Positions 28,690-49,329 of a stretch of DNA of 64,000 nt are shown piece after piece. The notes under the pieces are model-generated. The model was not told where the DNA came from and searched no databases. It saw only the letters and a program-made list of their open reading frames with translations. Position 1 is the first letter of the stretch; each line of letters opens with the position of its first letter. The stretch lies in NCBI RefSeq assembly GCF_009914755.1, contig NC_060935.1. One strand, 5' to 3'. The DNA comes from the human T2T-CHM13v2.0 reference genome, Homo sapiens. The translations under genes and the position numbers were made by a program.

Positions 28690-29523
28690 ACATATGCCAA
28701 TTTACAAAATAAAATTGAAGTGGAAAAAGACTATTCTGTATACGTAACATATTGAAAATTGTAAGCTCTTTTTGGATTCCATAATTACACAAATACGGTG
28801 GAATTATAGCTGCTAAGACATAACATGCCAAATAATGCATAAGGTAATATGATACAAAATGGGGGCTAGGCATAGTGCTGCGTGCCTCTAATCCTGGCAT
28901 TGAGGAGGCCAAGGTATGAGGATGGATTCGGGTCAGCAGTTCTAGACCAGCCTGCGCATCTTATTGACATCTTATCTCTACTAAAAATTCTTTTAAAAAT
29001 AATGCTGGCGTGATGGCACATGCTTGTAGTCTCAGCTACTCAGGAGACTGTGGCGGCAGGATTGCTTGAGCCCAGGAGGTCCAAAGTGCAGTGAGCCATG
29101 ATAGTGCCATTTCAGTCCAGCCTAGGTGACAGAGTGAGACCCTATCTCAAAAAAAAAAAAAAAAAAAAACCCAGTCAAATAACTTGATATAACACAAGCC
29201 AATATATTATAAATGCTCTAATTACAGATATTTTATACAATGATGTTATTTCAAATAACTGGGTAAGCTACTTGTTTGCTTAGACAAGATGTAAATGTCC
29301 TGGCCGGTGAGTTTAAAGTATTTTTATAAGAAAAATTAAGCATGAAGGGCTTCACTACAAATGTCATACACACCAGAATCTGCGATGTATTGTCTCAAGT
29401 CTAGAAGATTCGTGGATATCCAGGTCAGCAGCAACACTGAGCTCACCAAAGCCCAGCCTCCACAAATTCAGTCTGACTTCTCTGGAGAAGTCTTCCCTGG
29501 ACAACTCTGCTTTTTAAGTGATT
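28690..29523 (+). repeat. Diverged direct duplication of 50543-51359 (+57497-57503), including a shared AluJ (28865-29170)
   Basis: Collinear blocks such as CATATGCCAATTTA, ACTTGATATAACACAA.CCAATATATTATAAAT, ATACACACCAGAATCTGC and CTTCTCTGGAGA.GTCTTC.CTGGA. Confidence 0.88.
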
Positions 29524-30859
29524 AGACTCACTTAAGAACACTCCCACTTCCTGGGATTGGCTACTGTCTGGAGAAAGAAGTGGAAATGGAAGATTAGGTT
29601 ACACAGAAGGGTGTAACGTTGGGGAAGGGTGTAACATGGGGTGATCGGATTTATAAAGTACAGACAATCATGCCTAGGGGATTACAGCCCAACAGAAGGT
29701 AGAGGATTTTGGAGTGAGATGCAAGAATCTTAACCTGACGTAGGTTGTACACAGACATTACAACTGAAACAATTATTTCATTAAGTAATGTTTTATTTCA
29801 CAAACAATGCCCTCACAATTAAAAACAATTGCTTTATTATTTTAAACTGAAATGTATCATCTATATTTCCATTAAAGATTTTTTATTTATTCTTCAACAA
29901 GCATATACCAATGACAATGAACTAGGTATTAGAAATAAATTATATTAAACTATAATAGACAATTTCAGTCCTGCTAGAACATCCAGACTAGTGAATGAGA
30001 TGTATCATAATTAAAGAATCACACAAGTAAATATACAATTAGAACTATAAGCTCAATAAATAAGCAGTACATGTTTTGAGGGTCGGTAGTAGGAGGGAGG
30101 TGCTGAATGCAAGCTCACACAAGGCTTTTATGAAGATATGAAAGCATTGAGATTTGAGGAATAGGAATACATTAACTTGGTAAAGAGATAGAGAGAAACT
30201 TTCTTTGCAGTAACAGCAGCAGATGCAAAAGCTTCCTGGATGGAGGAAGCCTGGTACAGTTGAGCTCCAGGCCATTGGAGCTAGAGTGACAAGAATGAGA
30301 GTGATCTGATGGGAGATGAGGCTGCAGAGGCAGGTACACGCATCAGAACATGGAAAAGATGAGTTTGTTATCTAGAAATTATGGGAAGCCAGTGAAGTAT
30401 CAGTCTAGTTTTAAAATATATCATTGCTAAATAAGTCTCCAGTCATTATTTATCTGAATATGTACAACTCTAAAATATTAAATGAAATAACTAACCCATC
30501 TATGGAGCTCTCATAAAAAAGTGCACCTAGGCACTTAGTTGTGTTTTAAATACTATGACTTTATATACAACAGTTGGTGAATTTACTTGTCTAATTTTTT
30601 TGTTGTCTTCCCTATTTTATGACTACTTTCAATGGTGAATTTATGTAAAAATAAAATGTGTTTTTTTGATTTTACACCATGTGAATAATTTTAAATTAGA
30701 TACTTTACATCAGTATATATGTATGGACATGTAGAAGATGTACAGCATGTATATTTATATAAAAATATGATGCAATGTCGTAAATAATTATTTAAACAAT
30801 AATTATGTGTATAATTATCTTTAACAAAGTACATACAGAAAACTAATTTTGAATAGAGT

Positions 30860-31150
30860 TTGGTGACTCTTGTCTGTAATTCCAGCTAGTTGGACAGCTG
30901 GGCAAAAGGGTCACTTGACTCTAGGAATTCCAGGTTTCCCCAGGCAGCATAGGGTGACACCTGTCTCTAAAAACAAAATGTTTTTACCCAGGCCTGGAAG
31001 CAAGCACATGTAGTTCCAGCTAATCAGGAGGACCAGGCAGGAGGATCACTTGAGCCTAGGTGTTTGAGGCTGCAATGAACTATGATCATGCACTGCACTT
31101 TGGTCTGAGTGACAGAGGGAGAACTTGTCTAAATAAAGGAAAGAAAAAAA
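30860..31150 (+). mobile_element. Degenerate AluJ
   Basis: GGAGGATCACTTGAGCCTAGG...GAGGCTGCAATGAACTATGATC. Confidence 0.75.
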
Positions 31151-32044
31151 TGAAAGAAAAACAAAGTTATAAGTTAGAAAGTGTTGCTTTTTCTCTGTTC
31201 TCTAGAAGAATTTGTCTAAAAGTGTGTTATTTCTTTCTAAAATGCTTTGAAAATTTCGCTGAAAGAGATCCCTGGAGTTTTCTTTGTGAGTTTTGTTTTT
31301 TAAGTAATAACACTGAATTTTAAGAATCCAAATCATATCTTTCATTTTTCTGTGTTCTCTTCCGTCTGTTTTAGTCAGCTGTGTTTTTCAAGAAATTTTC
31401 TCATGTCATCAAAATTGTCAAATGTATAGGTATAAATTGTTCCTAAAATATTCATACTGGCTTATTGATATCTGGATGACCTATGAGTTTGCCTGTTTAT
31501 TCTTGATTTGAACTCCCCCTCTCCATTGTTTAAATGAATCTCATTGGGAATTTATTAATTTAACGTATCTATTTAAAGGACCTACTTTTGAATTTGTTGA
31601 TTTATGTTTTGCATGCTTTTTAATCAATTTTCTGCAATTTATCTAATTTTTTTTAGTTTTTCAATGGGAATTTGCTTTAATTTTCTGGCTGTTTGCGACA
31701 GACCTAAAGAAAGGTTATTAACAAAGACGTTATTAACAAAGAAGTTAATAACAGATGCATTTAATAATATACATTGTTTTGTAAGCATTGTCTTAAATAC
31801 ATTTCAAAAGTTTTTTTGTTTTGTATTTTGAATATTATTTAATTAAACATACTTTCTTCATTGTTTTTCTTTAGTGCATGTATTTTCAGGGAAACTATAA
31901 TGGAGAGGGGAGGGAATGCATTTTTCTAATGATATTTATAACAATTAGAAACAATTGAACTTAATTTTAATAAAACATTATAACCCAATATATCCAAAAT
32001 GTTTTCAACATAATAAACATTACAAATATTAGTGAGATATTTTA

Positions 32045-32320
32045 TATTCTTTCTTTTTGAGACAGGGTCTGGCTTTGTCACCCAGGCTGGAGTGCAGTCA
32101 CTGGATCCTGTCTAGCTGCAGTGTCAACCCCCCTGGCTATAGCAATCTTCCCACCCCAGCTTCCCCAGTACCAGGGACCACAGGTTCATCCCACCATGCT
32201 CCGCTAATTTTTATTTTTTTGGAGAGACGAGTTTTTGCAATGTTGCCTAGGCTTTTCTCAAACTCCTTTCCTGTGTCCACCTCTCAATGTGCTGCGATGA
32301 CGGGCTTGAACAATAATGTT
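32045..32320 (-). mobile_element. Degenerate AluJ
   Basis: Antisense Alu motifs. Confidence 0.75.
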
Positions 32321-32855
32321 CATACATTTTAGGAAGAAAGTCCTAAGCCTACTTAGGTTTTTTAAAAAAGGGTAGATTGGAATTTACTTTCTCTAAACTC
32401 AATAGTTTCTAGAACTATAAATTAGAGTCAAGTATTAAAGACCCCAGGAAGACAATTTTAGAAGAAATGTTTTCAAAGTGAGCCAGGCTAGATGCTTTAT
32501 AATTGAGGATTCACTGGATATGTCTTGGCATCCTAATGGCCAACGCTGAGGGTTTTTATTTTTTTTAATAATGTGAAAGACTGAACTTTGTTACATGTAC
32601 ATTGTGTAGAATTTCCAAAGTTAGAAACTTTTCTTAAAACACTTCACTACATTTCTTTTATTTATGTATTTTTTTAAAAATTTAAACTATGCATGGATAC
32701 ATCCTTAATAGAAGATTAGGTTTCTGCAGTTTCAAAGGCAAAACCTAGTCCTTTCCATTGGCTCTATTTAATTGTATAGTTGCTTTATCGATTAAAATTA
32801 AAAAAAAACTTCTACAAATACATTGCAATGTTAGATAACTAAATCAGTTGTCTGA

Positions 32856-33154
<299 letters not shown>

Positions 33155-33304
33155 TGATGTTACCTTTTTAAGTCCACATAAAGTGACTTTATAATTATCT
33201 TTTAATGACTCCTTATTAAAACCTAAAATATATGAAGAACTATTTTGTTTTCTACTTTTATCTACAATACTAGATTTTCCATGATTTTTAAAGAGTAGAA
33301 GACT

Positions 33305-33617
33305 TTATTTATTTACTTATTTATTTATTTATTTATTTATTTTGAAATATAGTCTCGCTCTGTTGCCCAGGCTGAATTGCAGTGGCACTGTCTGAGTTCA
33401 CTGCATCCTCTGCCTCCCAGGTTCAAGTGATTCTCCTGCCACAGCCTCCTGAGTAGCTGGGACTACAGGTCTGTGCAACTATGCCAGCCTAATTTTTGTA
33501 TTTTTATTAGATATAGGGTTTTGCCATGTTGGTCAGACTTGTCTCGAACTCCTGACCTCAAGGGATCCGCCCACCTCGGTTTCCCAAAGTGTTGGGACTG
33601 AGCCACCACGCCCAGAC
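33305..33617 (-). mobile_element. AluS with (TTTA)n tail
   Basis: Antisense Alu. Confidence 0.88.
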
Positions 33618-34969
33618 TAGATTGGTTTTTAAGAACTTGATTTATACATGTTTAGTTTTAAAGAATGGCTTTTTGTGTTTTTAAACTTTTTAAAGTTAAC
33701 ATTTCACAAGAAACTGGTGAACTTAAATGACATTGAAGATAATTTACTATCACTTAACAGAGGGGTCACCTTTGGAGAATGGGTTATGTATGGGTATAAA
33801 ATTGAAAAATAGATTTGTATCCTGAGATTAATATTCTGAAGCTCTATCTCTGGTGACTTAGAGAAATTCTCAAATCACCAAACACAATAAATAAATGAAT
33901 ATAAAATATAGTGGCTCATTCACTTCTCTAAAGCATTTTCTAAACTCCCAGAACTATGAAAAACATGGAAGATTCAAATATTTTGCTGAAATGGGTCAGA
34001 ATGGGAGGTATCTACTTAGCCTATAGGTGCTTTCAACTCTGACTCAGCAAATTATAGGTATTAACTTTCTCTGTGGCCTACTCCTCACACCCTCCTAACC
34101 CATTCTTGCTCAATATTCTTAAATCTGCATCTAGGTTTGCTATCATATTATCATCCAAATAATAATTGATTTGGATGTATTTACATAATACAAAGTTCTT
34201 TAAGTAACTAATAACATTTACTTAGCATTAATTGGTCCCTTTCTATGTATGAAGCACTGTTCTACTTGCCGATACCTACAATATTTTTCATAGACTTTAA
34301 AATACATCGGCATACACAGTGTGAAATCATTTTTGTGTGTGCTTGTTATTTAGGTCACAATATAAAATACATACTGCTAGAATTCTGATAAAAACATACT
34401 GCACAGGAATGGTGAGATAGCATTTAAATCGGGAAAGTTCAGCTTGACAGGGTCCTATTACCAGTGCATCCTGTTAGCCTAACATTCAACATCATAAGTA
34501 GCACATCAGTAACAAGCTCTTAACTGAGACAAGGTTAGAAATGTGTATTTTTATTTTATAAATAATCTCTGAAAAAGACAGCCTTCTTAAGCACAAATGT
34601 CATTTATTATGGTATGTTCAGTCTTTTTCAATTTTTTACTTTCAAACAATATTCTCAAATATATTTAGAAAAAGGTTTTAAGGCATAGTATTTCATTAAT
34701 GCTCATTGTTTGGAAAAAAACCCAACTGGAATACAAGCACATGAATTTATGTTTATTTTTTTAACTGTGGATTATCATGGTATTTAATCTACTTATTACA
34801 AAAAATTTTTTAAAATAGTAATTGATATAACTTGAGACTTTTCATCAAAATTTGAAGACATCTAACAATATGCATAATGAATTTGAGTTGGAAAAAAATG
34901 TGTAATACAAGTAAAAACAAAAATGCATTTTCCATTCCTACCTGGAGAAAAAAAAGATGAAATAACATA

Positions 34970-35439
34970 CAGGTTGAGCACCACTAATCAAAATATCTAA
35001 AAATCCAAAATACTCCAAAATCTCAAATGTTTTGAGCTGTGAAATGTCACCAAAAGTGAAATATCCCACACGTGACCTCATATGAGAAGTTACAGTCAAA
35101 ACATATTCTCAGTGAACAAAAGACTCTCCCAGCCCCTTCAGTTGCAATATATCTTTCTGTGTCCACCTAGATGCCCCCAAGCAAGAGCACTCACAAAGGG
35201 TAATAAAATGGCATGTGTACACAAACTTTGCTTCATGAATAAAATTATTTAAAATATTGTCTAAAATTATCTTTAGCCTATCTGTATAAGGTGTATATGA
35301 AACATAAATTTTGTGTTTACACTTGGGTTGATACACAAGATATCTTATTATGTATATGCAAATATTCTGTAATCCACAAATATCCAAAACCTGAAATTCT
35401 TCTGGCCCTAACATTGTGAATAACAAACAGTCAACTTGT
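34970..35439 (+). mobile_element. Tigger4/MER46-like DNA transposon
   Basis: TA|CAGGTTGAGCA...TCAACTTG|TA terminal inverted repeats. Confidence 0.75.
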
Positions 35440-36003
35440 ATTACATGGTTTTATAATGGATTATTTGAAAATGTGACTGAAATCTGTGGATGAAATTTTA
35501 CAAACATCAGTTTAAGCCAAATAGTATTATTTTGTATAGCAGAAGGGGATACACTGGGTTTATTTCTCCACAGCATCCAAGTAGAATGTGACAGGGGTAA
35601 GGAGGAAAGATTTCTATATGTAGTACTCATGATCCTTTGGGCTTAGGGTAGGTAAAACCACAAGATATGCTAACCTTACATTCTGCTCTGTTCCTTGGAA
35701 ATTTTATAAAGAACACTTACTGTTGTTTATAAACAAAAATGGATTCCAGTGAAGGGAAATGGCTAAGTCCATGAGCACCATTAGAACTGGCAGGGTTCAG
35801 GAAAGAATGTGAAAACTCTACTCCACAGTACTCATTTTTCTATACTGTGCTAGGAAAGATGAATGGAAAACAAATTCGGCAATGTAATGTCTGAGAACAG
35901 GATACACAGCCAGATATGGGAAGAATAAAATATAGGAATCTTGTGTCTACTGAATCTAGAGAAGAAAATGTTTTGTTAACTCTTTGCTATGAAAATGCTT
36001 TGA

Positions 36004-36305
36004 GGCTGGGAAAAGTGGCTTACACCTGTAATCCCAGTGCCTTGGAAGGTTGAAGCAGGAGGATTGAGTCCAGCAGTTTGAGACCAGCCAGAACAGCATA
36101 AGAAGACCATATCTCCACAAACAATTTAAAAAGTAACCTGAAGTGGGGGTGTCTGCCTGTAGTCAGAGCTACTCAGGAGGCCGAGGTTGAGGATCACTTG
36201 AGCCTAGGAGGTTGAGGCTGCAGTAGCTATGATCCAGCAACTGCACTATAGTCTGGGTGACAGAGTGAGAACCTGTCTCTAAGAAAAGAAAAAAGAATAG
36301 AAAAG
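36004..36305 (+). mobile_element. AluJ
   Basis: Diverged Alu dimer. Confidence 0.85.
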
Positions 36306-36642
36306 GAAAAACATGATTGAAACCTAAAACCTAGGGTGCTGTTTGTAATTGTTGCCTCCATTATTTTCTCAAGGAAGAAAACCTATTTGATTCTGATTTT
36401 TACAGCCTAATGATAATGTAGCAATATTCAAGAACTGAATGTTTCATTCATCAGAGGAAGAAACTTCAGAATGTAGGCTGAACCTCACTTGAACACACAA
36501 GCACAGAAGGAATCATATGTGTTTCTGTGGCTCTAAGTGAGAAAATACATTGAGAGATTTGAGGATTTATGGAGTTGACGACATGGGCTTGATCCCTGAA
36601 TCCATTCCATACAGGAAACAGGACCATAAAAAGATGGCTTAT

Positions 36643-36968
<326 letters not shown>

Positions 36969-38387
36969 TTATGTGTTCATATGTAAAGTTGGGACAATGC
37001 TACACATATTGCATATTTTCTGTGGAGATTAGGAACAATGTGTGCATGGAGACAGCACAGTAACTGGTACATCATAGCCCATGTATCACATTGTCCCCTT
37101 CCTTTTTCTAACATATTTCTCTCCACTCAAATAGAGAAGAGGTTTCAAGAGAAAATGACTGGGGTTTGTAGAAAAATAGACAATAAATGGGTAAAACAAT
37201 TGAGAAGAAATGCCAAAAAAAAGTGTGTTAAAGAAAAGATAGCCCTGGACATTCAGGATCCAGAAAGCAAAATACAACTTTTTGGGAAATTAATAAATTT
37301 TGTTAGCATGGGAAAAAATATGCAGAATTCTCTCCATGTGCGCAAATAAAACAAACAAAATGTCAAAGGAGTTATAATACCTAGGTTTTAAATGGTGTTT
37401 ATCATAGAATGGCATTTTTATAAAAATTTAAAAATTTCCAGAATTAAATAAAGTCAGATTTCTACATATGTTAAGGAAGCAGAAATAGATCAACTTTCAT
37501 ACAAAGATTTTCCAATGAGTTTTAGAACCCAGATGAAAAAAGAGTCTATTACCAGATTCTCAAAAATAGATGTGTAATTCAACAGAAAACGTTGTGGTAG
37601 AGGTAGGTTTCAGATGCTAGAATGAAAACAGTCTCATGTACAAAAAAGTATCTTTTTTATTAAAAGGAGAAGCACTGGGAAATAAGGAAATATTCCAAAT
37701 TGGCTGGAGTGTCCTTTATCCACATCACGGATTGTTCTTGCCTATACCCACCTCTACTCTCTCTTCTGGATTGGGTAGGACTTTTGCAACCTACAAAACG
37801 CCAGCTCTAAAGAGAATTACTTTCTTATATTTGTTTCATGGTCTGAGACTCAAGTAGGAAAATAGGTTGTTTCCTTGATAATGCCACAGTAGACAGAGGT
37901 AGGTCTGTAATTGAAAGCTCCCAATTTCCAGTGCTCTAGGCTTCAACTGCTTAAAGCTGAGTGTTTGAATAAGTGAATGATGTGGTGCAAAAAGTGGTTG
38001 AAATAAAATCAGAAGCTACCTACCTTCCTTTCTCTCCTTGCCTTAATTCCTTCCTGATACACAGCATCATCATACCTTGTAATGGAGTACCAGGGCCCTG
38101 CCACGGAGCTCCAGAATTTAAGCAGAGAATGTCCGCAGGATCCAGTCCATGACCGAGGGTTTCACAAGTTTCCCACTCTGGAGTCCAGGACTGAGCCAAC
38201 AGGGCCCCCACACACAACCAGCGCAGATCTTACTTCTGTGTGGACACTTTGGTTAATTACTTAGATTTATTGAGGTACAGAATGTGCATACAGGGTGGTC
38301 AGTCAGTTGGTGGTCTTGGACAGTAAACTGACAATAGAACAAGAAAATCTATTGTTCAATTCCTTGTATTTAATGAAATATAAACTC

Positions 38388-38890
38388 TGGATGATTTTAT
38401 GATGTGTCAACTTGAGTACATGTATGTACAAAGAGGAAAATGAGGGCAGTAGCCATTTTGTGGCATAGACATACCTTATTATTCTTCAATGAAACACTTA
38501 GGACCTGCTGGAAAGGCATTTTGCAGATGCAAGCAAAAATCCTAATCCTGTGACTAGGAAGTGTACCCAAGTAAGCCTGACTTCATCAGTGAAAGTCCTT
38601 TAAAGAAACACATAGGCATTCCTTGAACAACATTTTAAACGGCAAATGGGACTCTAATCTTCCAGTTGCCCCCTATTGACTTTAAACCAAAGCTTTGATT
38701 CATGACCACTGGGATCCAGCCAGCGGGGGATTTCTTTTCCTGATGGACTGTACCCAGGATCTCACATTTGCTTAAGCAGCCCCTACAATTGGGTAAGCCA
38801 AGTCTTTGCACTTAATTCATATGTGAATCTCCCTAACTATACATATATCTTATGGGTTCTGCTTTTGTCTTTGAACCTGGACAGACCTGG
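38388..38890 (+). mobile_element. Old ERVL (MLT2-like) LTR remnant
   Basis: ATTTTATGATGTGTCAACTTGA start and GGTTCTGCTT...GAACCTGG.CAGAC end. Confidence 0.45.
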
Positions 38891-39826
38891 GTCTGATAGA
38901 TTTGTCTTCACTGTTTTGACAGTCTTGACCATAAGTCTTCTGGACCATTGGCAAAGAATTCCTCTATCAGAAGATATTTGAGTAGTCCCTTCTGAATTCT
39001 CTTTTTTAAAAAATAATTTTCATATAACAACAAAAAGATTTGGTATAGAAAGAAAAATATAGTCCATCTCTATCATTTGGATTCTGTATTTGTGAATTTG
39101 CCTATATCCTAAAAGTTATGTGTAATCCCCAAAATAATTCCCATGGTGCACTCCTAGTCATTGTAGGACATCATGCACTATATGGAGAAAAACATTAAAA
39201 TAATAATTCATCTTTCACCCATGAAACTGGTGAAGTTTTGTAAATTCAGTGAGAGACCCCAGGTTAGTGGGTTTATTTGGTTAATCAGTGATTTCTCTTA
39301 GAGTGGTAGAAAACAGAAAACAAAAAGGAAAGTTTTATCTTCCATTGGACTTCTCTGGAAATATCCTATAAATGTACTAAAGCAGCATTTAAGCTGGATG
39401 AGGTGGTTTATACCTGTACTCTTAGCACTTTGGAAGGCCAAGACCAGAGGACCACTTGAAGCCAGGAGTTGGAGAACAGCATGGGCTACAGAGTCATACA
39501 CTGACTTTACCAAAAATTTCAACAAAAAAAATTAGCCAGGTGATATAGTGTGAGCCTAAAGTCTTAGCTACTTGGAAGGCTGAAGCAGGAGGATTACTTG
39601 GAATTCAAGGCTGCAGGGAGCTATGATTATGCTACTGCACTCCAGAAGGAGACCCTTTCTCTAGAATAAATAAATGTGCACTTAGAGGAATGCCTGTATC
39701 ATGGAAGAAACTCAATAAACAGTATAAAATGCATCTTAGTTAATTTCTAGCCTATGTATGCTCTGATAGGATTTATGTTACATATGATTCATTCAGGCAC
39801 TGGTGTTCAGAATGCAAGTGTGATGA

Positions 39827-40128
39827 TAATTTAATCAGAGCTGCAAAGGTGTCTTCTAAATACTGCATAAACCTAATCATCTTTGTCTCCACCTTTCTGA
39901 ATGCTCTAAATACCCATAAAGAGGTGGGTGTGGTCTCCACAGATTCTTATAAAAGGACACAGAAGAGACAAGCTCAGTTTTCTCTGAAGGAGAAGGACTG
40001 CACTTAGAACTGCATTTTGGTGACCTCTGAAATTCAGTACGGCAGTGAATGAGCTTCTGACCTTGAGGTGAACTTAACAAAATTATTTTTGGAAAAATCG
40101 TTGTGGGAACCATTAAAAGAACTCAGGG
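39827..40128 (+). promoter_or_regulatory. TRIM49B promoter and non-coding exon 1
   Basis: TAATTTAATCA 39827-39837, AAACCTAATCA 39869-39879, GGGTGTGG 39926-39933, TATAAAAG 39948-39955, Inr TCAGTT (A 39976), and donor GTGAGT at 40129. Confidence 0.78.
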
Positions 40129-40854
40129 GTGAGTGAAACATATTGATAAAATTATATCATCTTTACTTTACACAATAATAAATTAGAGTGTTAAAAATAT
40201 CTCATCTTAAATCTACACAATGATACCATTTGTAACTCATGTTCTTACTATAGATTTTATGAATTATAAGGATACTAATTGTTATTTTGTGCTTTCTATG
40301 ATTAATATAGTTCTGAAAAACAAAATATCTAGTGTTTGCTGCAACAGATATGTATTCATAATGAATATATGGAGTTGATATATATATGTACACATAGGTG
40401 TGTGTGTATATGTATATAATGAGTGTATTAATATTGTCAAATTGAATTGAGAAGGCATTAATGAATGATGAGGTTATTTGCTTTCATAACATTCAGGTTT
40501 TAGACTTGACTTTAAATTAGTAAGGTAATGATGAACGATGCAAAATAGTGAAACTAAAACAATGAGAAAGCTCCCCAAAATATCCTACTTTAGAAATCAA
40601 AACACAATTTTTTGAACAAGTAAATTTATAATACCTAATTTGGTATGTGATTGTGATTGTCATCTCACTTGAATCTCAATCTTATTAAACTGTGAAAAAT
40701 TTCTTAAAATGTCTTAGATGAGTTCTGGAAAATATTTGCAATTCTAAGATTTTTCACTGCTTTCACTTAAATTCAGAAGTGATATCAAACTAGCAGCTTT
40801 ATGCTGCTTTATGCTAAAGGACTTAAAATTGCCAAAACAAAGATTATAGTTTTT

Positions 40855-41940
<1,086 letters not shown>

Positions 41941-42746
41941 CCATGGAAATATAATTACACCTCTCTGAGTTTAACAAAAACCTCCTATATGTTAGTTCAG
42001 AGTTTGCACAGCCCTAGGGGAAGTTAATTTAATCCACAAGAAAATAAAAAGACCCAATATCTTTAATAATTTTTCTTTTCCCTACTAGTGAACCTTGATT
42101 GGTTTAATTGCAGTCTTTTTCTTTGTTTATTTGGTTGGTGGGCTTTTTTTTTTTAATTTTGTTTTGATTTGGGTCTTTGTTTTTAATTTAATTTAATTTT
42201 AAGTCCTGGGATAACTGCAGGACTTGCAGGCTTGTTATGTAGGTAAACTTGTGCCATGGTGGTTTGCTGCCCGGCTTTTGTGACCCTCTATAAAAATATG
42301 TCATAGAACCATCTTCTCATATTTCTTTGGCCATCTTCTCATATTTCTTTGGCCCAGGTAGTTTTTTCCCACTCTTTCATAGTCATTCATCAGTTATTGA
42401 AAGAAGAATAGGGACAACTATGATTTATTCTGACCACTTAGAATCAAAACCCAATTTCCAGATCTACGTTCAGAAAATGGGTAGTTGAATAGGTTCGTAT
42501 TATGCTACAGACAGGAACTAGGAGTAGAAGGGACTGTGAGTGCTCTAGTTAGTAATATCTGTTATAAAGCCAGGAGACTCCCTCTATGTGTAAATTTTTA
42601 AGTTTGTAACAGAAGAAATAGTTTGTTGTACTTTAATGAACACTGTCAAGAGAAGAAAATATAACTATCACATATCTCCACATGTTTAGAAGCTTTTCAT
42701 CAACCCAGGCCCCAAAATGACATGTTTCTCTTTGTTCCTCAGAAAC

Positions 42747-49126
<6,380 letters not shown>

Positions 49127-49279
49127 CCAGAGACAAATCAGAAATGTGTTCACATGCTGTGGGAACCCCTTTATCCCAGGAAGTCCTCTTCCTTGTGCCT
49201 TAACATACAGGACAAATAGGCTCTATTTTATATCTTGAATTGCCTTCTAATGTTATCAAAACTCATTTATTGTGTTACT

Positions 49280-49329
49280 ATTAAATATGCTGAAAACACT
49301 AAAAGTATATGTATTGGTTCTTTATTAAA
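49280..49329 (+). terminator. Candidate ATTAAA polyadenylation signals of TRIM49B
   Basis: ATTAAA at 49280-49285 and 49324-49329, followed by T-rich sequence. Confidence 0.45.

Noticed and set aside
35909-35922. GCCAGATATGGGAA, identical to part of remembered FOLH1 exon 5
   Set aside because: It is on the opposite strand to the relic and the match does not extend.
42309-42352. 22-bp tandem duplication (similar small ones at 46328-46352, 59869-59904 and 11075-11100)
   Set aside because: Ordinary slippage duplications with only two units and no spacers, so not CRISPR-like.
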